7,356 nucleotides of DNA from Octopus sinensis (taxonomy: Eukaryota), in NCBI RefSeq assembly GCF_006345805.1, contig NW_021828904.1, positions 1 through 7,356 on the forward strand, read 5' to 3'. Both the position numbers and the translations under genes were made by a program. The notes under the pieces were generated by a model, which saw only the letters and a list, made by a program, of their open reading frames with translations, was not told where the DNA came from and made no database searches. Of the stretch, positions 1 through 7,356 are shown one piece after another. Position 1 is the stretch's first letter, and every line of letters starts with the position of its first letter.

Positions 1-184
<184 letters not shown>

Positions 185-331
185 AGTATGTATGTTTACG
201 TATGTAGTCGTCTGTGTCAGTGTATCGTTGTGTCGGGGGATCAGCTGCCATCTTGGAAAGCCGAACAGAACAGAGACAAGAATACAATAACAGCAACATC
301 AATAGCATTGTAAACGGTGACGGAAATAATT

Positions 332-373
332 AACAACGACAACAACAACAACAACAACAGAGATGACGACGAC
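332..373 (+). repeat. (AAC)n then (GAC)n trinucleotide microsatellite
   Basis: AACAACGAC(AAC)6 at 332-358 and GATGACGACGAC at 362-373. Confidence 0.9.
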
Positions 374-450
374 GGCAGCGTTGGTAATTAACATTATGAT
401 CAGGAAGAACATCATCAGTAATGTTATCAACATTAATTAGCAGACTGACT

Positions 451-537
451 GGTGGGGAGGGGGTCGGAGATGGGTGGGGTAGATATATAGATGTGGAGGG
501 TGTGAGATGTGGAGGGAGGGGGAGCACAGAGGGACGG
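451..537 (+). other. G-rich tract with potential G-quadruplex
   Basis: GGGG-A-GGGGG-N8-GGG-T-GGGG at 454-479, with further GGG runs to about 533. Structure is predicted from the motif only. Confidence 0.55.
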
Positions 538-576
538 ATAGACAGATAAATAAATAGATGTATCATGTATGTATAT

Positions 577-931
577 CTCTTTTACTCTTTTACTTGTGGC
601 CATGCTGGAGCAGCGCCTTTAGTCGAGCAAATCGACCCCACGACTTATTCTTTTGTAAGCCTAGTACTTATTCTATCGGTCTCTTTTGCCGAACCGCTAA
701 GTTACGGGGACGTAAACACTCCAGCATCGGTTGTCAAGCTATGTGGGGGGGGGCAAACACACACACACACACACACATATATACGTCGGGCTTCTTTCAG
801 TTTCCGTCTACCAAATCCACTCAAGGCCCGAAGCTATACTAGAAGACACTTACCCAAGTTGCCACGCAGTGGAACTGAACCCGGAATCATGTGGTTAGTA
901 AGCAAGCTACTTACCTCGCAGCTACTCCTAT
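577..931 (-). mobile_element. tRNA-derived SINE (Octopus-type retroposon), near full length
   Basis: The minus strand has a Pol III A-box-like TAGCTGCGAGG (914-924) and B-box-like GGTTCAGTTCC (871-881). These are followed by a body, an internal (TG)n tract (757-777) and a tandem AGTAAAAG-type tail (577-593). The body sequence (GAGTGGATTTGGTAGACGGAAACTGAAAGAAGCCCG; CTCCAGCATGGCC) is recalled as an abundant Octopus repeat; the family name was not verified. Confidence 0.85.
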
Positions 932-996
932 TGCGAGGTAAGTAGCTTGCTTCTAACCACATGATTCCGGGGTTCAGTCCCACTGCGTGGCACCTT
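932..996 (+). mobile_element. Inverted, truncated duplicate of the SINE head
   Basis: Reverse complement of 856-920 with 2 substitutions and 2 single-base indels. Contains the B-box-like GGTTCAGTCCC (971-981) and lacks the first part of the A-box. Confidence 0.93.
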
Positions 997-997
997 G

Positions 998-1148
998 TAT
1001 ATATATGTATATATATATATATATATAATACCACAACATACATACGCACACACGCATACATGCGTACATAAATACATTCATAAACAATCAGAGTCAGATA
1101 TATCATGCATGTATATATGTATTAATGCGCGTGTATATATATATATAT
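998..1148. repeat. (TA)n / (CA)n low-complexity region
   Basis: TA run at 998-1027, CATA/CACA decay at 1034-1075, TA run at about 1134-1148. Confidence 0.85.
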
Positions 1149-1150
1149 AA

Positions 1151-1173
1151 TGTGTGTTTTGTGTGTGTGTGTG

Positions 1174-1248
<75 letters not shown>
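1151..1248 (+). repeat. (TG)n followed by (TAGA)~18 microsatellite
   Basis: TG repeats at 1151-1174 and an uninterrupted TAGA/GATA array at 1174-1248. Confidence 0.97.
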
Positions 1249-1331
1249 GCAATTGTTTTAGCACACGTACCACTAAATTAATAACACTTGAAATCTCTCC
1301 AACAAATACAATTTACTGATAGATCCACTTT

Positions 1332-1374
1332 ACACACACACAGAAGATTCAGTGTGTGTGTGTGTGTGTGTGTG
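1332..1374. repeat. (AC)5 and (GT)11 microsatellites in inverted arrangement
   Basis: ACACACACACA (1332-1342), a 9-nt spacer, then (GT)11G (1352-1374). Confidence 0.92.
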
Positions 1375-1985
1375 AAGTAACAGCAGAGTCGTTGCTTGGC
1401 TTGAAGTAGGAGCTAAATTTTCCTTCAATCGTTTCCACAGCATAGCCGTTCCTTGAGGCCGCTGTGTAATGCTTCTCAAAACGTGTACCGTGAAAGGTAT
1501 CCAGATACACCGCCGTAAATTGTTTAAAAAATAAGATTTAAAGCTCCAGAAAGAAATCCTGTGCGTCTTGGAAAATAAACTCATTACTGAATTTTAGTTT
1601 ACAAAATTTTGCTTTCTAAAACATGGGAGAACAATAATTGTCTACATTTTCTTTCCAATGTGTCTTTTTTAATCTTTTAAAAACGTTCACAAATGCAATA
1701 AAAGATAAGGTGAAACTTGAAGATCCAATCAACTCGAACAATATTTTCAAACAACAGGTACATTCTAAGAAAGCCATTCTAGCTATACCCTAAAATTACA
1801 GTGTGATATGTTATATATTTCATAAGTTCTAAAATTCTCGCCACCCCCTTATAAAACTAATCATAATTTCACACTTTTTTTGGTTAAAAGGGGTTTTATG
1901 CGATATAAATTGCTTCAGATTTAACGTACGGTCTCAGAAAAGTTACTTTGGAAGAAAGGTTCTAGAGAATCAGACTTTGAAATCG

Positions 1986-2012
1986 TTTTCTTTTCTTTTT
2001 TTTTTTTTTTTT
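1986..2012 (+). repeat. Poly(T) tract
   Basis: TTTTCTTTTC followed by T17 (1996-2012). Confidence 0.95.
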
Positions 2013-2020
2013 GCAACTTC

Positions 2021-2083
2021 TGAGTGGATTTGATAAACGGAAACTGAAAGAAGCTCTTCACACACACACACATACACACATAC
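2021..2083 (+). mobile_element. Fragment of the same SINE family in opposite orientation, followed by (CA)n
   Basis: 2021-2054 matches the reverse complement of 790-823 at 32/34 nt. CA repeat at 2059-2083. Confidence 0.85.
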
Positions 2084-2350
2084 GTCCACGTTATCGCAGT
2101 CGTCTCTATATTAGTGGGAGTAGAGATGATACACCCATGGCGTATAAATGACATTCTGTCGCATTATACTTGTTCAGAGGACACACACAACCAGACGAAC
2201 AGACAACCAGATGAACAGATCGCTAGATGGGTAGACACACAGACCCACAGCCAGCCAGTCAGCCAACCAGCCAGACGAATGTATGTATGGTGGCGACCTC
2301 CATTACACAGGTTGTCTTTCCATCTTACACCAGTTTAAACAAAAAGCAGT
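2084..2350 (+). repeat. Long inverted repeat, left copy (267 bp)
   Basis: Base-by-base alignment to the reverse complement of 6277-6547 gives 9 substitutions and one 4-nt CCAG indel. Confidence 0.97.
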
Positions 2351-2352
2351 TA

Positions 2353-2731
2353 GTGCATTTTACGTACCACCGGCATGGAAGCCAGTCTAGGCGGCGCTGG
2401 CATCGGCCACGTTCGGATGGTGCTTTTTACGTGCCACAGATACAGGGGTCACAACTACAATTTCCATTGATTTTTGATATTGGTGTACTTGACTCAGTAG
2501 GTCTCCTCAAGCTCAGGGTCGAAACGGTGTTTCTTTACTTGCCACCTGCACAGGAGTCAGTCCAGCGGTACTGGCAACTGCCGGGTGCCAGTCATAGGAT
2601 TGGTTCAATTTCGATTCCGATTTCACTTGCCCCAACAGGCCTTCACAAGCAGAGTTTAGTGTCCAATGGAGGGAGGTTGGCATGGGTGCCAGTCGTCGGA
2701 TGAGGTTCGATTATGAATTCCGTTTCGACTT
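2353..2731. mobile_element. Degenerate modular interspersed repeat (probable retroposon body fragment)
   Basis: GC-richer than its flanks, with internal sub-repeats: TTTACGTRCCAC-like x3 (about 2358, 2426, 2534) and GGGTGCCAGTC x2 (2583, 2684). The GGTGCTTTTTACGTGCCAC module is recalled from a common Octopus repeat; not verified. Confidence 0.7.
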
Positions 2732-2854
2732 AAAGAATATATATATATATATAAAGAATGTATGTATATATAAAGAATATATGTGTATATAAAGAATATA
2801 TATATATATATATATATATATGTAATATAAACTATATATATATATATATTCTTT
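2732..2854. repeat. AAAGAA(TA)n minisatellite with an inverted terminal unit
   Basis: AAAGAA at 2732, 2753, 2772 and 2791 (period 19-21). The inverse TTCTTT is at 2849-2854. Confidence 0.88.
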
Positions 2855-2944
2855 GGTCCTCCACTAACTCAAAATATTTAAAACTACTGGAGAAGAGGTA
2901 GTTTTAGCTGCTATTTCTAGTGTTTGCGGTGACCCATGTAAGAC

Positions 2945-3595
2945 TTCGCTTTCATCTTTCTCTGAAATAACACATTTCTGTCTCTTACCTTATTCCTTGA
3001 TTTCATTCTCTTTTATTACTTCCTTTCTTCGTGTCTTTCTTTCAAATTTCCTTCTTTCTTTCACGACCTCCATATTTGCTTGCCACCATTCATATCCTTT
3101 CCTCGCACATTCTACGATCATCGTCTTGTAAATTAGACTACGTCGTCTCCACAACATCTCCTCTTCGTTTTCCATCCAGCCTCTTCTCCATCTTATGCCT
3201 TCATTCCCTTCTTTCTTTTCTTCTTTATTTCTTTTTCCTCCTTACTCTCCCATTTTCTCCATACCTCTCCACCATAACATCTATTTTTCGTTTCACGTCC
3301 TACCTTCATCTTCAAAATTAACCCTCTCCCTCTTCTTTCCTTCTCCATTCCCTTATTCATTCCCCCCCCCCGCCAATACCCTTCTATTTACCCCCAGTCT
3401 CTTTATCCTCTCTAATTGCCCCTATATTAGAACCATCTAACTTTCCTCTCAGCTCCTTTTTTACTCCTTTCATTGTTCACTTCAACATCATCGAAAACTT
3501 TCTTAAATGTTATTAAGTACACCAACATAATTTCTCCCCCCTCCCCCTCTCACATTCCCCCTTTGTCCTTTGTCTTTCATTTTCCCTAACTCTAT
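2945..3595 (+). repeat. Long pyrimidine-rich, G-depleted low-complexity tract
   Basis: I count 9 G in 300 nt over 3181-3480 and 55/60 pyrimidines in 3181-3240. C10 at 3362-3371. No fixed period. Confidence 0.9.
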
Positions 3596-3714
3596 ACATT
3601 GTATTGTCATGTAGAATGCAGAAGAACTGTCTTGTGTGAAGCTTCCTTCTTACATATCACCAGTTTTGCATATCAAAGACGCACATATCCATTTATCTTT
3701 CTATCTATGCATTG

Positions 3715-3805
3715 CATACACATGCACACATTCACACACAAACACGAGCACGTGTGTGTGCATATGTGTATACATATATATAATTTGCACATGTATATAT
3801 ATCTC

Positions 3806-3843
<38 letters not shown>

Positions 3844-3915
3844 TGTGTTATATATATATATATATGTAGGTATGTATATACATTATACATATACACACCC
3901 AACCATACATACATA
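3715..3915. repeat. CA/TG/TA compound microsatellite region
   Basis: CACA, GTGT and TATA runs, including (AT)14 at 3811-3838. Confidence 0.9.
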
Positions 3916-4006
3916 TGAGGGCATTCATATTCATGCTACAATATTACGAAGATAAATCCATGCTTGTACATGAGCATGAATGAGTGCGCATACATATGAA
4001 TATAAT

Positions 4007-4008
<2 letters not shown>

Positions 4009-4040
<32 letters not shown>

Positions 4041-4062
4041 GGGTGGTGCGCGCGCACGCACG
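4009..4062 (+). repeat. (GT)15 plus alternating GTGCGCGCGCACGCACG
   Basis: (GT)15 at 4009-4038 and purine-pyrimidine alternation at 4046-4062. Confidence 0.93.
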
Positions 4063-4128
4063 AAGCTGAGGATTTACTTTGTCACTGATCAGAGTTAGTC
4101 GCTCATTGTGAGCCTTTAGACAACACTT

Positions 4129-4136
4129 TATAAATA
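4129..4136 (+). promoter_or_regulatory. TATA-box-like motif (tentative)
   Basis: TATAAATA followed by GG in non-repetitive sequence. The motif is common by chance in AT-rich DNA. Confidence 0.15.
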
Positions 4137-5280
4137 GGCAACTACGCCAGGTGAAATACTCTTTCGTTTGTTAGATAAGATTTGTACATACGAGTATAAT
4201 TGTTTATCATTCGCTGAAGTTGTCCATGTCACATCTCAACTCGGAGCTTCACCTGTCACAGGCTCATCAGGTAACATGAACGAAATACACGAAAGTTCAT
4301 TTATGTAGAGAATGATGATTATTTACATTAGTGTGTTTATAATTATCGTTGAAATTTCTGTTATATTTTAAAATACCTGCTAAACATTAACTGTCAGTGT
4401 TTTATTAACTTACCCGTAATATTTCACCTAGAAAACACAATTCAATATTAATTTCAACTAAATGATTATGTATAAGTCATATTTCCAACCATCTGGCAAG
4501 AATCCTAAAGAAATTCAAATGAATGCACTTCTGCCATCCCTTACAACTAAACTTCATTCAATATGGTAGCTAACAAATCTAATAATGTATTAGCAAGAAA
4601 ATATTTTTTAAAGAAGAATTTATTTGAAACCCACTCGGGATATGAAAAAGAAACAGGAAAGAAGTTATTGTGGTTTAACCCACTTTATTCATTTACCGTT
4701 ATTACCCAGACAGGAAAATATTCTTAAACATTGCACGCTTAGGATTTTAACCGTTAGTCCATTTAATCTTATCCACCGTGTCTTGTTAAATACTCCATAA
4801 CTTTGCTAGAATTATGTTATTTATTGATAATGAAAACAATAATATGCATCGTACAAACCTGAATAATAGCAACACGCAAAGTATATTTGCCACTTGCTAA
4901 ATCCCTGTCCACTGAATGGCAAATGCCTTGAGCAATTTGTTACTCTGCTATAACTAACCGGAAAACGTATGATATCCGTTAGATCGGTTTAGGATGAAAC
5001 CTATTTAAAATTAGGGCCAATCAACGCAATTAAACTTTTAAAAATATTCAGAGAAAATCATATTTGGAATCTGACGTGTTAAACCTTACCTAGCAATAGT
5101 TCGTGTCAAAGCGACTGATATTCCACAAGCAGATGTCAACCATTATTCATCTGTGTACAACAGAAAAATTATTCATAACCGCAAAGCACGCTAAAATATT
5201 TATTAAACATTCCGAGATTGTGTCATCATGCCGACAAAAGAGACAAGTTCTGCTAAAAAAATATCATTCTCATTTATCAA

Positions 5281-5622
<342 letters not shown>

Positions 5623-5759
5623 TACATATACACATGTGGAAGTAACACAATTCAATGAAAATTTCAACAATGACAAAATTTTAAAATAGACTTTTAAATA
5701 TAAACAAACAAACGAATGAATAACCATAAAAGAAATATTAGACAAAACAAGCCTGAAAT

Positions 5760-5789
5760 CCCCACCCACCCACCCCCACGCCCCCACCC
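5760..5789 (-). other. Potential G-quadruplex on the minus strand
   Basis: The plus strand reads CCCC-A-CCC-A-CCC-A-CCCCC-ACG-CCCCC-A-CCC, giving six G-runs with 1-3 nt loops on the minus strand. Confidence 0.65.
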
Positions 5790-5884
5790 ACATCCTTACA
5801 TAGAAAACAATCACCGAATCAGATACAACACCTTTCTCTCCTTTGCTTCACACTTCCATCCCAACCCCCATCAAAGGATGTTTG

Positions 5885-5932
5885 GGTGGTGGTGGTGGTG
5901 GTGGTGGTGGTGGTGGTGGTGGTGGTGGTGGT
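5885..5932 (+). repeat. (GGT)16 microsatellite
   Basis: Perfect 48-nt GGT array. It explains the poly-G/W/P/T ORF translations. Confidence 0.97.
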
Positions 5933-6276
5933 GCTGGGTGGTGGAGGAGTGTAGTTGGACACCAACAACAACAGCAACAAACAAAGCACACTGCTAACAT
6001 AACATCTTCCCGCTGCCGCCATCTCCCTCCCCTTCGCCAACACTGCACACTTACATCTTGTAACCCCTTTTAACATACACTAAAAAAATCCCCTTCAAAA
6101 GATCCTAAAACTAATTTGTTTACACGTCACTAATTGCAATCTGTAATTTACTCTCGATTCTTTGATTGTTTGTTCATGTTTATCTATTTTTACTTTTTAC
6201 TCTTTTTGCGTTTTTTTTTTTGCTATTTTGTATTTTGGTAAACTATGCAATCGATGGATTTTAAGTGAAGGCCGCC

Positions 6277-6547
6277 ACTGTTTTTTGTTTAAAGAGGTGT
6301 AAGATGGAAAGACAACCTGTGTAATGGAGGTCGCCACCATACATACATTCGTCTGGCTGGTTGGCTGACTGGCTGGCTGGCTGTGGGTCTGTGTGTCTAC
6401 CCATCTAGCAATCTGTTCATCTGGTTATCTGTTCGTCTGGTTGTGTGTGTCCTCTGAACGAGTGTAATGCGACAGAATGTCATTTATACGCCATGGGAGT
6501 ATCATCTCTACTCCCACTAATATAGAGACGACTGTGATAACGTGGAC
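6277..6547 (-). repeat. Long inverted repeat, right copy (271 bp)
   Basis: Reverse complement of 2084-2350, with one extra CCAG unit. Confidence 0.97.
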
Positions 6548-6579
6548 TTTTAACTAACGGAAAGGTGACAATACCAAAT

Positions 6580-6824
6580 GAGAGTTACATGTACACTTCC
6601 AAGGAGTATGCTAATATCCTTCACTAACAAAGCAAGCTTTCTCCATGGAGCGCCACATGTATTTTCAGGAGTGATGCCTCTCCTCACTGGATGAGTCAAA
6701 TGCACTCCTTGAGAGTTCCACACTCGTTCTTTTGGAGTGCCACATGTACTCCCACGTACTCAATAAGTGCGTTACATGTACGCTTTTTAAAATGCCTTAC
6801 GTACTATTTAGAGCGCTACATGTA
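6580..6824 (+). repeat. Dispersed cluster of a 14-nt motif GWGNGYYACATGTA (5 copies)
   Basis: ACATGTA starts at 6587, 6655, 6742, 6774 and 6818, each preceded by GAGAGTT, GAGCGCC, GAGTGCC, GTGCGTT or GAGCGCT. Confidence 0.85.
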
Positions 6825-6960
6825 ATTCTTGGAATACCGTCTATATTTTGATGGAGAGTCAAAATTCGATTGAATGCGTGGAGGCACTCCGGTGGAATGT
6901 ACTCCACTGTACTCTACTAAAAGATCGCCTAGAGTGCAAGAAACGTTTAACATGAAACCC

Positions 6961-6966
6961 AATAAA
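6961..6966 (+). terminator. Candidate polyadenylation signal AATAAA (tentative)
   Basis: Canonical hexamer with a T/GT-rich tract from 6976 onward and seven TGTA motifs upstream. No transcript evidence. Confidence 0.25.
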
Positions 6967-6989
6967 AGCTATTAAGTTTTCTGTGTTAG

Positions 6990-7080
6990 ACGTGTACGTG
7001 TGTGTGTGTGTGTGCGTGCGTGCGCGTACGTGTGTTGTGTTTGTGGGTGTGTTTGAGCGGGTGCGTGAGTGTGCACGCAT
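6990..7080 (+). repeat. (GT)/(GC) alternating microsatellite
   Basis: Perfect purine-pyrimidine alternation at 6990-7035 (46 nt), then decayed GT repeats. Confidence 0.92.
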
Positions 7081-7259
7081 TTGTTGCGTTATTTCAAACT
7101 AGTTTCACGAAATATTTTGCTGTTTATATTGTTTCTCGGCAGCACACAGAAGCACACTCGTATATTCACCCAAGAACCCCCCCACACACACACACATATG
7201 AAAAGGTGCGAGATTCCCCAGTCAATCTTGCAAACTATGTAACTGCACATGGCGTAACG

Positions 7260-7356
7260 ATACATATACATACTCATATATATATATATTATATATATAT
7301 ATATATATAATATATATATATATATATACTCATATATATATATATACATGCTCATA
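7260..7356. repeat. (TA)n low-complexity region
   Basis: Interrupted TA runs to the end of the window. Confidence 0.93.

Noticed and set aside
244-256. YY1-like motif GCCATCTTG (minus strand AAGATGGCAGC, reads K-M-A-A like a start codon context)
   Set aside because: A single short match between microsatellites. The downstream frame runs into TA repeat and no other promoter features are present.
861-931. tRNA gene
   Set aside because: A/B-box-like motifs are present, but I cannot build a cloverleaf or anticodon arm, and the sequence continues into a SINE body.
1375-1537. ATG-less minus-strand open frame ILFFKQFTAVYLDTFHGTRFEKHYTAASRNGYAVETIEGKFSSYFKPSNDSAVTS
   Set aside because: It looks protein-like, but has no suitable acceptor or donor and no recognisable family. 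About 55 open codons arise readily by chance; BLASTp would settle it.
2013-2019. GCAACTT shared between the SINE fragment and the 856-862 arm, suggesting direct derivation with a 32-nt deletion
   Set aside because: A 7-nt match, equally explained as divergence of the sequence normally preceding TGAGTGG.
2982-3175. Minus-strand 61-aa ORF (MENEEEMLW…) ending next to a good donor AAG|GTAAGA at 2989/2988
   Set aside because: The only open frame stops (TAA) one base before the donor and the other two frames have stops upstream. The E/K/R richness is explained by the purine-rich strand.
4885-4924. ATTTGCCA-N24-TGGCAAAT inverted pair as pre-miRNA
   Set aside because: Only 8 bp pair and the interior does not. 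A few such pairs are expected by chance in 7 kb, and it matches no conserved miRNA I recall.
6160-6240. T-rich tract resembling the SINE tail (TTTTACTTTTTACTCTTTT) or a splice polypyrimidine tract
   Set aside because: No SINE body follows and there is no adjacent AG acceptor; simple low complexity.
6580-6824. CRISPR array or p53 response elements
   Set aside because: The repeats are 14 nt and degenerate, with irregular spacers, in a eukaryotic context with no cas genes. The flanks of CATG do not fit RRRCWWGYYY.
6878-6907. Alternative mini-hairpins GGAG-GCA-CTCC, GTGGA-N6-TCCAC and outer GTGGAG/CTCCAC
   Set aside because: The stems are only 4-6 bp and follow from the local abundance of GGAG/CTCC words; no independent support.

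Overview
AT-rich, repeat-dense, non-coding eukaryotic DNA. No protein-coding gene, RNA gene or CRISPR array is supported; every listed ORF translates a microsatellite, low-complexity tract or repeat. From memory, not a database search, the interspersed repeats at 577-996, 2021-2054 and 2353-2731 match very abundant Octopus retroposon families, so this is probably an octopod intron, UTR or intergenic window. Four structures stand out. (1) A tRNA-derived SINE whose head is duplicated in inverted orientation, giving a ~65-bp stem with an 11-nt loop (856-996). (2) A ~270-bp, ~97% identical inverted repeat pair (2084-2350 / 6277-6547) enclosing 3.9 kb, with no TSD and no transposase. (3) Five copies of a GWGNGYYACATGTA motif just outside the right copy, upstream of an AATAAA plus GT-rich tract. 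(4) A ~650-bp G-depleted pyrimidine tract. I see no evidence of a new protein-based system. The best leads are these fold-back/dsRNA-forming structures and an unclassified repeat unit.
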